A DNA stretch of 64,000 nt from an uncultured Fibrobacteria bacterium (GTDB lineage: Bacteria; Fibrobacterota; Fibrobacteria; UBA11236), in the NCBI GenBank assembly GCA_963716395.1, contig OY970309.1, positions 3,690,784 through 3,754,783 on the forward strand, written 5' to 3'. Every line of letters starts with the position of its first letter. Positions within the stretch are counted from its first letter, which is position 1. Shown in pieces: positions 9,791 to 19,676 of this stretch. A program made the translations under genes and the position numbers. The notes below the pieces were generated by a model. The model ran no database searches. It saw nothing but the letters and a program-made list of their open reading frames with translations, and was not told where the DNA came from.

Positions 9791-11295
9791 GCCTGCGCCT
9801 CCATCACCGCGACCCGGATCAACTCCGAGGCCGTGGTCAGGCCTTGGCGCATCTTATCCAATCCGTCTTCCACCATGGTGCCATACCCCGACAACCGGCG
9901 GATGTCGGATTCGCTTTTGCCCGTGACCACCGCCTCGCGCACCGTGGCGTCGAAGGGCAGAAGTTCGAACACCCCCGTGCGGCCGCGGTAGCCGGTATGA
10001 TGGCAGGCGGGGCACCCCACGGCCGCGGGAATGAGATCGGGCAGATGGGGCAGAAACAGCTTCTCTTCCGTGGTGGGCGCAGCCGTACGCTTGCACGCCG
10101 GACACAAAATGCGCACCAAGCGTTGCGACAAAACTCCGAGCACGGCCGAGCCGATGAGAAAGGGTTTGACCTTGAGATCCAGCAGGCGGGTCACGGCCGA
10201 CACCGCGTCGTTGGTATGCAAAGTCGAGAAGACCAGATGGCCGGTTTGGGCCGCCTGCACCGCGATGGCTGCCGTCTCTTCGTCGCGAATCTCCCCCACC
10301 ATGATCACATCGGGATCTTGCCGCAGAATCGAGCGCAATACGCTGGAAAAGGTCAGCCCCGCCTTCTCGTTGATCTGCACCTGGTTGGCGCCGTCGAGCC
10401 GGTATTCGATCGGGTCTTCGATGGTGGAAATATTGATGTCCTGGCGGAGTATGGCGCTGAGGGCCGCGTACAAGGTCGACGATTTTCCCGAACCCGTGGG
10501 GCCGGTGACGAAAAGCATGCCCTGGGGGCGATGGATGATATGTTTCACGGATTGCAGCAACGCCGGCGACATGCCCAGCGAATCCAAAGTCGAAACATAT
10601 TCCAGATGCTTGAGAATGCGGATTACCACCTTCTCGCCCACGCGCGTGGGCAAGGTCGACACGCGCATATCGATGGCTTCGCCGTCAAAGGGCCATTTGA
10701 TGCGCCCGTCCTGCGGCAGCCGCTTTTCGGAAATGTCGAGGTCGGCGAGAATCTTGATGCGCGACACCAAAGAAGCCTGCACCCATTTGGGCAATTCCAG
10801 CGCGTCTTTGAGCAACCCGTCTTTGCGGTAGCGGACCTTGACCAAGACTTCGCCCGGCTCGATATGCACGTCGGTGGCCAATTCGGAAATAGCCTGATTG
10901 AGCAAATTGTTGACCAATTTGATCACCGGTTCCGATTGGCTTTTCTTGCGGATCTCTTCGATGCTCGACGCGTCGGAAATGGAGACATCGGATTTCAACA
11001 GTTCCGAGAGCAGGGTGCCGTTGCCCATGCCGCCGGCTCCCAACAAAGCCGCCAGGCGGGCGTCGATCCAGCGCGCATCCACGGGCGTGAAGTCGACCGG
11101 CGCGCCCAGGCGCAGTTGCAAGGCTTCGCGCAGCAATTCGTCGCCCGGATTCTGCGCGGCAAAGCGGTAAACGCCGGCTTCGCGGCCGAGGGGATAGACC
11201 CGGCCCCGCACGCAGATATCCCGCCCCGCGGCTTCCACCCATTCGGTTTCCGCCTCCAGCGATGCGGAGAACAGCGGGGAGTTTTTGTCGGGCAT
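9787..11295 (-). CDS. GspE/PilB assembly ATPase
   Basis: TDVHIEP, RLPQDGR, GPTGSGKSSTL, TIEDPIEY, LRQDPDVIMVGEIRD, GHLVFSTLHTND, two CxxC motifs. Confidence 0.95.
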   Translation of the reverse strand: MPDKNSPLFSASLEAETEWVEAAGRDICVRGRVYPLGREAGVYRFAAQNPGDELLREALQLRLGAPVDFTPVDARWIDARLAALLGAGGMGNGTLLSELLKSDVSISDASSIEEIRKKSQSEPVIKLVNNLLNQAISELATDVHIEPGEVLVKVRYRKDGLLKDALELPKWVQASLVSRIKILADLDISEKRLPQDGRIKWPFDGEAIDMRVSTLPTRVGEKVVIRILKHLEYVSTLDSLGMSPALLQSVKHIIHRPQGMLFVTGPTGSGKSSTLYAALSAILRQDINISTIEDPIEYRLDGANQVQINEKAGLTFSSVLRSILRQDPDVIMVGEIRDEETAAIAVQAAQTGHLVFSTLHTNDAVSAVTRLLDLKVKPFLIGSAVLGVLSQRLVRILCPACKRTAAPTTEEKLFLPHLPDLIPAAVGCPACHHTGYRGRTGVFELLPFDATVREAVVTGKSESDIRRLSGYGTMVEDGLDKMRQGLTTASELIRVAVMEAQA

Positions 11296-11325
11296 CAAGG
11301 TTGTTCTGCTTGGCTGGATAAGTTG

Positions 11326-11356
11326 GGCGATAGATTTGGCGATAGATTTGGCGATA
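11326..11356. repeat. 12-bp tandem repeat GGCGATAGATTT (about 2.6 copies) upstream of the ATPase gene
   Basis: Copies at 11326, 11338 and a partial copy at 11350. Confidence 0.85.
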
Positions 11357-11529
11357 TAAAAACGGGCTCCAAAAGGGTACCTCAAATCATCGCCGCCTTC
11401 ACCTTTCTGCCGCCGCCTTTTCGGCGCGGTCGGGTGATGGGCGTCGCTGATTTGAAAAGCCTAAAATAAGAAGTTCGGTACGGCCCAAGCCGGCTTCGTC
11501 CTGCTACGGTTACGTTTCCGGCGGCCGGT

Positions 11530-12132
11530 TCACCACGAATCGGCAGGAGGCGTCGTGATGCGCCAGCGCGGGTGCAATATCAGTTCCCGGGTGCCGGTGT
11601 CCCGGCCGTCGCGCCAGCGGATTTCCACGCTGCGTACGTAACGGCATTCGGGGCCTTGCACCACCCCGTCGCGATCGCGATCCAACTCGGAAAAGTCGAT
11701 GACGCCGTCGTGGTTTTCATCCAGGGAATCGAGCAAAGCGCGGCAACCCGCGTCATTTGCCGGGGCCTGACTGCAATCCGGACCCTGCGCGTCCAGGCTC
11801 AAAGCATACAGGTCGGGGACGGGCCGGCCGTTCCACAGCGCCGAATCGCCGGATTTTTCCAGGATCATGCGTTGGCCCCCGCGGGAAATAAACACCAAGG
11901 TTTGTGGTGAAACCGCAACCAGGCCGCGGCCTTCCAGCAACCCGTTTTCCACCGCGGCCGTCCAGGCGGCTTCGCTTTGCACGAGATACAGCCGCTTCCA
12001 ACCCAAATGCGCGGCCCCTCCCCAAGCGCGAAAAAAACGATAGGCCAAGGCTCCCACCGCCGCGGCCACGGCCAAGGCCACCACCAATTCCAACAGCGTA
12101 AAACCCCGACCGCGACGCATCTTCAATACCAT
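11530..12132 (-). CDS. Prepilin/pseudopilin (GspJ/PilW-like) with EF-hand-like loops
   Basis: Class III signal RG|FTLLELVV; DENHDGVIDFSE and DRDRDGVVQGPE loops. Confidence 0.85.
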   Translation of the reverse strand: MVLKMRRGRGFTLLELVVALAVAAAVGALAYRFFRAWGGAAHLGWKRLYLVQSEAAWTAAVENGLLEGRGLVAVSPQTLVFISRGGQRMILEKSGDSALWNGRPVPDLYALSLDAQGPDCSQAPANDAGCRALLDSLDENHDGVIDFSELDRDRDGVVQGPECRYVRSVEIRWRDGRDTGTRELILHPRWRITTPPADSW

Positions 12133-12578
12133 CGGTAATCGGGCAGCACCAGGAACAGGCGCGCCGTGTCCGTGGTCGCTGCCGGGGAACCTTCCGGCTG
12201 CGAACCGTCGGAAAACCAGGCCCGGAGCAGCACTTCCAGCGGTCTTTGCGCCCAGGCCTGGCGGATTTTATCGGTGACGAGGAGCGGGTCGAACAAGGTT
12301 TCACGCCGGGCGGAATCGAGCACGGTGCGCTGCAAGGTCAAGGTTCGCCCACTGACGCCGGAAAGGCTGAACTCTGTGTCTGGCAACGGCACCGACTCCG
12401 CCGCATCTTGCAGTTGTTCGGCTTGGGAGACCAAGGCTTCGAAGGCCGCCTGGCGTTGCCGCAAGCGCTGATCGGTGGCGAACCCGGCGCGCAATCCCCA
12501 CCACAGGACGCCGGCGCCGGCCAGCAGAATCACCAGCGCGACCAGGATTTCGATCAAGGTGAATCCGCGTCGGTTCAT
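12123..12578 (-). CDS. Prepilin/pseudopilin (GspI/PilV-like)
   Basis: MNRRG|FTLIEILVAL class III signal. Confidence 0.88.
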   Translation of the reverse strand: MNRRGFTLIEILVALVILLAGAGVLWWGLRAGFATDQRLRQRQAAFEALVSQAEQLQDAAESVPLPDTEFSLSGVSGRTLTLQRTVLDSARRETLFDPLLVTDKIRQAWAQRPLEVLLRAWFSDGSQPEGSPAATTDTARLFLVLPDYRWY

Positions 12579-14014
12579 GGCACGGAGAAGGAAAGCAGTT
12601 GGAATTGCGCCGTCGACCGATCGGCGACCGGCCCGAAATCCCAGGGCTGAACGAAGTCCGGAGGCAGGGCTTCACGATCGAGGATGGCGTCGCCCAGGCA
12701 GCTTTGCCCGGGCGTGGCCGCACCGCAGCGCAACGTGGCCGCCACCACGCTGCCCTGGATCAAACCGGCCGGCCAAATCTGGTTGGCCAATAACACGCCG
12801 GTCACCCGGCAAGCCGATCCTTCCAGAACGATTTTTCCCCAGCTGCCGGTGGAGACCACAAAGCCGCGCACCGCAGCCTGGCCTAGAATGCGGATGGCCT
12901 GGGAGGAATCGGCCGTGGTCGGCGCCTGCAAGACCAGGGAGTTGCCGGTCACGGCGGCCCGATCGCGCACGATGAGGTTGCGGCCCGACAGCAGCAGACC
13001 TTCGACTTGGGCCTGGTCCTGCAGAATCAACTGGCCTTGCGCGAACAGGGTCACATCCTGTCCTTGCGCCCCGCCTTCGAAATACACATCCCCCGCGGTC
13101 AGCAAGGTGACGTTCTTCAGCAGCACCGGGCCGCGCACGTGAATGCCGTGCTCCGAGGCGATGACGGCCGGCCCGTCCAGTTCCCACGTCGCGGCGCCGT
13201 CCTGCCGCAGGGTGACGTCGCCCAGGGGAAAAGACAAAGGCTTTCCCGGGCTCAGTGGCGGCGGCCGCGCGGAGGTGTATTCACCGTTGCCCGGCTCGGC
13301 GGCTTCGGCCGCCAGGGCTCCGCGCAATTGATTCAGCAGCGACTGGTATTTTTCGGCCACGTCGTCGTCGGCGTAGTTCGGCCCCTGGATGGCGGCCGGC
13401 AGCGGCAAGGTGGTGATTCCCGCCATGGGTTTTTTCATGCGGATGGCGCCGCGTACCTGATCGGATCGAAAGGGTTTCAACGCCGAATCGCCGGTCAAGG
13501 TCAAGGCCGCCGAAAACCACAAGGGATCCAGCACCCGGCCGAAGCGGGCCTGCACCGTGACCGATTCGGGACCGCTGACCCCGGTCGAACGGATATCGAG
13601 ATAAGCCCGATCGCGGTTCACTTGCACCGTCGGAGCCGGCTGGGCCGAATCGAGATAAAAGCGAACGGTATCGAGCGCGGTGCGTAATTGGTCGTTCGCG
13701 AACACCGTGTCGCGGCCCGTGTCCGGAGCCCCGAACAGCCGTTCGCGAAAAAGCTGCAACGAGATGCCGGCTTCGGCCCGATAAAAGGCCTGGCGGTGAC
13801 GCCGGTTGCGGGTCAGCAGGCCGGCTACATCACGCTGTTGCTTCCACAACAGGCCGACACCCAACGATGCCGCGGCCAGAATGATCAGTACCCAGGGTAG
13901 GGCCGCACCGCGCACCGCGGCCCGCGGCAATTCCCCGGTGCAGCGCAGATGGGATCGAGGCCCGGAAACCGCGTGGGCGGCTCGGGCCGGCGGCCACTGC
14001 GAGGAGAAAGGCAT
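12575..14014 (-). CDS. GspK/PilX-like large pseudopilin with beta-helix-like C-terminal region
   Basis: RG|AALPWVLIIL lacking Glu5, QAFYRAEAGI motif, operon position; start uncertain. Confidence 0.7.
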   Translation of the reverse strand: MPFSSQWPPARAAHAVSGPRSHLRCTGELPRAAVRGAALPWVLIILAAASLGVGLLWKQQRDVAGLLTRNRRHRQAFYRAEAGISLQLFRERLFGAPDTGRDTVFANDQLRTALDTVRFYLDSAQPAPTVQVNRDRAYLDIRSTGVSGPESVTVQARFGRVLDPLWFSAALTLTGDSALKPFRSDQVRGAIRMKKPMAGITTLPLPAAIQGPNYADDDVAEKYQSLLNQLRGALAAEAAEPGNGEYTSARPPPLSPGKPLSFPLGDVTLRQDGAATWELDGPAVIASEHGIHVRGPVLLKNVTLLTAGDVYFEGGAQGQDVTLFAQGQLILQDQAQVEGLLLSGRNLIVRDRAAVTGNSLVLQAPTTADSSQAIRILGQAAVRGFVVSTGSWGKIVLEGSACRVTGVLLANQIWPAGLIQGSVVAATLRCGAATPGQSCLGDAILDREALPPDFVQPWDFGPVADRSTAQFQLLSFSVP

Positions 14015-14028
14015 CGGCAGGATTCCCG

Positions 14029-14487
14029 TTACGGTTGCAGCCCGATTTCGAATTCTCCTCCGGCGTCGCGCAAACGGGCGTGATCCCCGTTGACTTCGAT
14101 CAAGGTCGCGCCGCCCACGCTTTCGCCCACCCGCAGCAAATGCTTGACGCCGGCTGAATCGATGATCATGGCCACGACGTCGTCCACGGTTCCGGTCAAA
14201 GTCCATTGGCGCCGGGGTTGGGGCCGGGCGGCCGGACGGGATCGCGAAGCATGCGGCGGAGTCTCGACGTGAAAAGGATTGCGGTTTTCCCCGGTGTCCG
14301 CGATGGCCGCACCCGTTCCGGTGTCGTTCTCCCGGGCGCGCAGCGCGGGTGGCAGCGACGAATCCGAGCGGGACGCGGGGGCATTGGTTTCCGCCACCGC
14401 TCCCTCCGGATAGGCGCGCACAAAAGCCCGCATCCCCACGGCCACGATTCCGGCGGCGATCAGCCAGGGCCAGGGCCGCAAGTTCAC
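14029..14487 (-). CDS. PilP/GspC-like assembly protein
   Basis: N-terminal TM helix, RNPF motif, LTGT...LRVGESVGGATLIEV beta domain. Confidence 0.7.
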   Translation of the reverse strand: MNLRPWPWLIAAGIVAVGMRAFVRAYPEGAVAETNAPASRSDSSLPPALRARENDTGTGAAIADTGENRNPFHVETPPHASRSRPAARPQPRRQWTLTGTVDDVVAMIIDSAGVKHLLRVGESVGGATLIEVNGDHARLRDAGGEFEIGLQP

Positions 14488-15047
14488 GGTCGGGCCCCTT
14501 CCGCGGCGGTGTGCACCACCAAGGTGAAATCCAGCGACAGTTTTGCACCCGCTTCACCGGTGCGCAGCAACACTTCGTCAAAATAGGCTTCGGGGTGCCG
14601 CTCCCGGAGATCGCGGAACCAGCGCAGCGCCGCGGGATAATCGGCGCGCACCTCCCAGCGCAGCCGCACGGCGCGCAGGCCGTCGGCCGAGTCTACCGAG
14701 GAGGACAGGCGCAAGACTTCGCAGCCCGCGGCTTGCGCCTCGCGCCGCAGAGGATCGGAAATTGCCGACGCTTCCCGTTGCGGCGACAGTTCGCGCCGCA
14801 CGCGGTTTTGCATGCGGTGCAGCGCCCCCACCTCGTCGGTCAGTGCGGCGCGGGTCGAATCGAGCCAGGGCGCGCGGTACACGTTTTCGTGCAGGACCGC
14901 CAGCTCGGATTGCAGCAGCCGGCGCCGGGCCGCCAGATGCTGGGTCGGACCCAACAGCAGGGCGATCAGCACACACGCGGGCAGCACCGCCGCGGCGAAG
15001 CCCAGCGTTTTCACCCGCGGCGAAGCGCTATCGCTCCAGGATTTCAC
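14484..15047 (-). CDS. PilO/GspM-like inner-membrane protein
   Basis: GTG overlaps the upstream stop; TM plus coiled coil plus ferredoxin-like 'ADYPAALRWFRDL' segment. Confidence 0.7.
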   Translation of the reverse strand: MKSWSDSASPRVKTLGFAAAVLPACVLIALLLGPTQHLAARRRLLQSELAVLHENVYRAPWLDSTRAALTDEVGALHRMQNRVRRELSPQREASAISDPLRREAQAAGCEVLRLSSSVDSADGLRAVRLRWEVRADYPAALRWFRDLRERHPEAYFDEVLLRTGEAGAKLSLDFTLVVHTAAEGARP

Positions 15048-16390
15048 GGCGTCTCCGCCAAGGTGCAGGTGGCGTGATACGAAACCCGTTTTCGGGAGGG
15101 ATCCTGCCGCTGATCCGACAAGGCCACGTCGGAGAAGTACGGCAGCTTGCGCAGCCGCTCCTGCACGGGGCGGATTTCGTTCCAGTCGCCGACCCAGCCC
15201 AGAAAGCTCACTGTCTTTTTCCCGTCGCCCGCGGTGCGCAGCAGCACGCCGTCGAGCCCGGCATGAGGCGGCAACGCCGCGGCGATGCCGCGCAGCACCC
15301 GGTCGACGGGAGTGGGGCGATGCCACAACGGCCGCAGTTGCAACAGCGAATCGAGCACATTCCGGCGCTCCGCCCGCAGCGCCTGGATTTCCTCGACCCG
15401 GCTCGCATATTGCGCGGCCTGCGCGCGCGCGCCGGCCAAGGCGGAACGCACCGATAGCAGACGCGCGCCTTCGCCCAGGAAAGCCAGACCGCCCAAGAGC
15501 AAAGCCGCCAAGGCGGTTTTCGCCAACCGATCCCACATGCGGATTTCCAGATTGGCATCCTGGCGGCGGGCTCCGGCACGGTTGTGGATGGCCCCCTCCT
15601 CGCGCACGGCGGCCAAGGCCAATCCGAAATGCCACAGGTCGGCCCCGGGTTTTGGACCTCCTCCGTAACCAGGCGGTGACGGAAGCGGGCGGGTTTCGCC
15701 CAGGGCCGCGGAAATGTCAACGTGCGCAGATGCGGGAAGGTCGGCGAAAACCGCAAACTCTTCGCCGTCCCCCGGCTCCTGTGCATAGAGACGATGCTCG
15801 GACAAGCGCTTGCAGGCGAAATCAAACGGCCGATCGGAGACCCGGATCAGGTGATAGGCCTGGGCATGGCGATAGGCCAGCGAATAAATCCACCCGCCGC
15901 GGGCCAGCACCAACTGGAATTGCGACCGGCCCGTGGTACGCGCCGTCCAATCTCCCAGGGCGACCACGGCCAGTTCCAGGGGCAGCAATTGATCCCACAG
16001 ACCGGGCCGCTCGCTTTCGTCGGCCCCGGCCAAGGTGGCGAACACGCGGTGCTGCGAACCCAAATGCGTGTCTTCGAGATGGGTCACATGCCAGCCCTGC
16101 AAGGCCAAGGTCTCGGATTTCGGCCCCAAGGCTTCGCGCATCGCCGAGGCGACCATGGCTTCGGTGATGGATTCCCCGTAGGGCGTACGCACTTCGATCT
16201 GCAGGAAAGGGAGCCCGGCCACGCCGGCGCAGGCGCCGTCGACCCGGCGGATCAGCCGCCACGAAGGCGGTGCGGCGGACGGCTCGAAGTGTTCAAGCAC
16301 GGGATCGCCGGGAGCCCGCCACTTGAAAAAAGCCAATCCGGGCGCGGGCCCTTGAACGGCCAGGCGCAATGGGCGACGCAACCAGGACAA
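15044..16390 (-). CDS. PilM/PilN (GspL)-like protein
   Basis: Large cytoplasmic domain, one TM helix, coiled coil, PilN-like C-terminus (LRKLPYFSDVAL). Confidence 0.65.
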   Translation of the reverse strand: MSWLRRPLRLAVQGPAPGLAFFKWRAPGDPVLEHFEPSAAPPSWRLIRRVDGACAGVAGLPFLQIEVRTPYGESITEAMVASAMREALGPKSETLALQGWHVTHLEDTHLGSQHRVFATLAGADESERPGLWDQLLPLELAVVALGDWTARTTGRSQFQLVLARGGWIYSLAYRHAQAYHLIRVSDRPFDFACKRLSEHRLYAQEPGDGEEFAVFADLPASAHVDISAALGETRPLPSPPGYGGGPKPGADLWHFGLALAAVREEGAIHNRAGARRQDANLEIRMWDRLAKTALAALLLGGLAFLGEGARLLSVRSALAGARAQAAQYASRVEEIQALRAERRNVLDSLLQLRPLWHRPTPVDRVLRGIAAALPPHAGLDGVLLRTAGDGKKTVSFLGWVGDWNEIRPVQERLRKLPYFSDVALSDQRQDPSRKRVSYHATCTLAETP

Positions 16391-16400
16391 AGCGGTTCCT

Positions 16401-16820
16401 TCACTGCAACAAACGCAGCACGTCGTTCAGTTCGGCGCGAATCCGCTCCAGCTCTTCGCGCCCGAGCGAGGCCGACGCGTCGGCGGCGGACGTCTTCGCA
16501 CCCGGCTTGGGCGCGGCCATCCAGGACCGAAGCAGCGAAACCTGCCCGGCCACTTCTTCGAGCGTCACTTCCAGGAGTTTTTTCTTGGCGCCCTGGATGG
16601 TGTACTTCTCTTCGTGCAACAGGTAACGGATATAGTGGATGTATTGGATTTCCTTGGCGCGATAGGCGCGGTTGCCGGCGCGGTTCTTGCGCGGGCGCAT
16701 TTGCGCGAATTCGGTTTCCCAATAGCGCAGCACATGCGGCTCCAAGCCGGTCAAACGGCACACTTCGGAAATGGCGTAATAGAGTTTTCCCCCCTCGAGG
16801 CGCTGCAAGCTGCCTTTCAC
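16401..16820 (-). CDS. MerR-family HTH regulator
   Basis: KLYYAISEV...EPHVLRYWETEF...NRAGNRAY...YTIQGAKK; GTG overlaps the plsY stop. Confidence 0.9.
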   Translation of the reverse strand: MKGSLQRLEGGKLYYAISEVCRLTGLEPHVLRYWETEFAQMRPRKNRAGNRAYRAKEIQYIHYIRYLLHEEKYTIQGAKKKLLEVTLEEVAGQVSLLRSWMAAPKPGAKTSAADASASLGREELERIRAELNDVLRLLQ

Positions 16821-17440
16821 GTGGCTTTTCCCCGGAAGCGCGGCTCCGCGCCCTGGAGCAGGCGCACGATGTTGGCGCGATGGCGCACGATGACGAAAAC
16901 CGCCACCAGCAAGGCTACCCAGAACACGGGGACGAAACCGCCGGCGCTGTGCCAACGGGCCTCCCAGAACACCAACGGGGGCAGCACCAAGGCCGAAGCC
17001 AGCGAGGCCAGACTCACGATGCGACTCAAGCCCATGACCGCGCCCCACAGCCCCAACGCGAGCAAAGAAGCGATGGGACTCAGGAATACGAAGACGCCGA
17101 ATGCGGTGAGCACGCCCTTGCCGCCTTTGAATCCGGACAGGAAGGAGTAGGCATGGCCCAGTACGGCCGCGGCTCCGGCCGCCAGGGCGCCGACGGCGGA
17201 ATGGGTCCAGGCCAGACCGACGGCGGCGGCCGCCGCCCCCTTGCCGGCATCGAGCAGGGCCACGGGCAAGGCGGGCCTCCAACCGAAGGCGCGCCACACG
17301 TTGGTCATGCCCGGATTGCCGCTGCCGATGCAGGTGATGTCGACGCGAAAGAAAATCCGGCACACCCAGATGGCGGTGGGCAGCGAACCCAGTCCGTAGC
17401 CGGCCAGTAACGCCGCGGGGTATCCCGCCGCCGGGGCCAT
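16817..17440 (-). CDS. plsY: Glycerol-3-phosphate acyltransferase
   Basis: GSGNPGMTNVWR, DAGKG, GH, FKGGKGVLT, RHRANIVRL. Confidence 0.95.
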   Translation of the reverse strand: MAPAAGYPAALLAGYGLGSLPTAIWVCRIFFRVDITCIGSGNPGMTNVWRAFGWRPALPVALLDAGKGAAAAAVGLAWTHSAVGALAAGAAAVLGHAYSFLSGFKGGKGVLTAFGVFVFLSPIASLLALGLWGAVMGLSRIVSLASLASALVLPPLVFWEARWHSAGGFVPVFWVALLVAVFVIVRHRANIVRLLQGAEPRFRGKAT

Positions 17441-18864
17441 CAGGCCACCTCCGCTTCTTGGGAAACCGCCTCCGCTTCTTCGGCCTGCATCCACTCTTCG
17501 AATCCGGCACGGCGGCCGCGCAAAAATTCTTCCAGTTCCAGGTCGGTTCGCAATTGAAAGCGGCTACGGAACCAGATGCGCACCGGCACGCCTTCCAGTT
17601 CGAAATACTCCCGGGCGCGGCGGCGCAAATAGCGCGCATAGCTGCGCAGCACCCGTTCGGGATGCGCGGTTTCAAACGCCAGGCCCACGGGATTCACCAG
17701 CACCTGGCAGCAACGGGTCACTTCTACCGGGCCTTGCGGCGTGCCCGGATGCGGATGATCCGCGGCGGCGGCGGCGAAAAAAGCCACCACGTTTTCGCGC
17801 CCCAGCACGCGTTCGAGATTCTGTTTCACCTGCAGCGCCATCTCCGGAATCTTGGCCACGCGTTGGCCGGTCAGGGCCGAAACCGCGACGAAGGGCACGC
17901 CTTCGAGATCAGGATTGCGGTGGCGCGCGGCCTTGACCGCAACATCGAACGCGCGGTGGTCGGGATGCACGGCATCCCATTTGCTCAAGGCCAGGATTAA
18001 TCCCCGGCCTTCTTCCAGCACCCGCTGGCAAATGCGAAAATCCTGTTCGCCCACGCCTTCCTGCGCATCGACCAGCAGCACGCAGACCTGGCTGCGGCGA
18101 ATCGATTCGAGCGCCCGCAAATTGGAATAGTATTCCACGGGGTCTTTGACCCGGGCTTTTTTGCGCAGTCCCGCCGTGTCGGTAATCACAATTCGACGTC
18201 CCTGAAAAGCGAACTCGGTATCGATGGAATCGCGCGTGGTGCCGGCTTCGGCCGAAGTGATTTGGCGTTCTTCGCCGAGCAGGGCGTTGACCAAGGTGCT
18301 TTTGCCGGAATTGGGCCGGCCCAATACGGCCAACCGCAACACCGGGTCGGCGGGATCGAAATCCAGCGCAGGCAGCTTGACAGCCACCCGATGCAGCAGA
18401 TCGCGGATGCCCAGACCCGAACGGGCCGACACGGCCTGCGGTTCCCCCATCCCCAAAGACCAGGCGGTGTGCGCGTCCAGCGCCGTCTGGGATTTTTCCG
18501 CTTTGTTCACTACCAGCAGCACGGGCCGGCGCCGGCGCAGCACCATGCGCGCGAATTCCAGATCGGCGGCGGTGACGCCCGTCTGGCCGTCGATGACGAA
18601 TAACACCACGGCGGCTTCATCCAAGGCAGTTTCGATATGCCGCCGCACTTGATCGATCAAGGCGTCTCCGGCGGCCGGCAAGAATCCACCCGTATCCACG
18701 AGTTGGAAATGCTTACCGTTCCATTCCGCATTCTGATAATGGCGATCGCGGGTGACGCCCTCGCGGGGCGACACCACGGCGGCCCGGCGGCCCAGAATGC
18801 GGTTGAACAGGCTCGACTTGCCCACATTCGGCCTTCCGGCGATCACGACGCAGGGCAGGTTCAT
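17440..18864 (-). CDS. der: Ribosome biogenesis GTPase Der
   Basis: Two G domains: GRPNVGKS/DTGG and GRPNSGKS/DTAG; GVTRD and GTTRD. Confidence 0.96.
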   Translation of the reverse strand: MNLPCVVIAGRPNVGKSSLFNRILGRRAAVVSPREGVTRDRHYQNAEWNGKHFQLVDTGGFLPAAGDALIDQVRRHIETALDEAAVVLFVIDGQTGVTAADLEFARMVLRRRRPVLLVVNKAEKSQTALDAHTAWSLGMGEPQAVSARSGLGIRDLLHRVAVKLPALDFDPADPVLRLAVLGRPNSGKSTLVNALLGEERQITSAEAGTTRDSIDTEFAFQGRRIVITDTAGLRKKARVKDPVEYYSNLRALESIRRSQVCVLLVDAQEGVGEQDFRICQRVLEEGRGLILALSKWDAVHPDHRAFDVAVKAARHRNPDLEGVPFVAVSALTGQRVAKIPEMALQVKQNLERVLGRENVVAFFAAAAADHPHPGTPQGPVEVTRCCQVLVNPVGLAFETAHPERVLRSYARYLRRRAREYFELEGVPVRIWFRSRFQLRTDLELEEFLRGRRAGFEEWMQAEEAEAVSQEAEVA

Positions 18865-18938
18865 CGGCTTGATCCATCCGAGTCTAAGTAATTTAGGGTC
18901 AACGTGTTGTAAGATACCTTTCACGCCCCACCTTGGAA

Positions 18939-19661
18939 ATGCCGCAAAAAATCGATTTGCACCTACACACTTTGGATGATCCCCGGGATCATCATGTGCG
19001 GCATACGGCCGAAGAGTTGATCGATGCCGCCGCACGCCGGCATTACACGGCCCTGGCCATCACCCTGCATACCCGGCAATGGGAAAGCGAACGCCATCGG
19101 CGCTACGCCGCGGATCGCGGCATCCTCCTCATTCCCGGCGTGGAGCAGGACGTGGAAGGCCGCCACGTGCTGCTGTTGAACTTCGCACGTGACGATGCGC
19201 ACGCTGTGCATACCTTCGCCGACTTGCGGCGTCTCAAAGCGGCCCAACGACGACCCGTACTCGTGGCCGCCGCCCACCCTTTTTATCCGGATGCGGTCTG
19301 TCTCAAAGAGCGCCTGTTCGAGCAGCACGACCTGTTCGATGCGATCGAGGTCACGGGCTTTCACCATCGCTGGTGGAACCCCAATCTCCGGGCGCGCGCC
19401 GCCGCGGAAAGGCTGGGATTGCCGCTGATCGGCAACTCCGACACCCACACGCTGGAGCAATTCGGCACGCTCTGGACCGAAGTCGCTGCCGAGCCGAATG
19501 TCGAGTCGATTCTGGCGGCGCTCAAACAGGGCCGGGGCCGGGTGTGCGGCCGGCCCCTGGGCCTGCGCGAAATGGGTGTCATCGCTTACAAGGTCATCGC
19601 CCAAGGCTACATGCCCTGGGTCGATTACAAAAAGCGGCGCGGACACGTGCCCGCAGAGTAA
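18939..19661 (+). CDS. PHP-domain protein
   Basis: IDLHLHT, AHPF and GNSDTH metal-binding motifs. Confidence 0.85.
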   Translation: MPQKIDLHLHTLDDPRDHHVRHTAEELIDAAARRHYTALAITLHTRQWESERHRRYAADRGILLIPGVEQDVEGRHVLLLNFARDDAHAVHTFADLRRLKAAQRRPVLVAAAHPFYPDAVCLKERLFEQHDLFDAIEVTGFHHRWWNPNLRARAAAERLGLPLIGNSDTHTLEQFGTLWTEVAAEPNVESILAALKQGRGRVCGRPLGLREMGVIAYKVIAQGYMPWVDYKKRRGHVPAE

Positions 19662-19676
19662 CGGTACGAAACCGGG

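Noticed and set aside
11326-11356. Possible CRISPR array
   Set aside because: 12-bp units without spacers and no cas genes; no CRISPR array was seen anywhere in the window
6779-17410. Long plus-strand ORFs (6779-8251, 9703-11469, 14812-16167, 15722-17410)
   Set aside because: Antisense shadows of well-supported genes; Arg/Pro/Ala-rich with no motifs, typical of high-GC DNA
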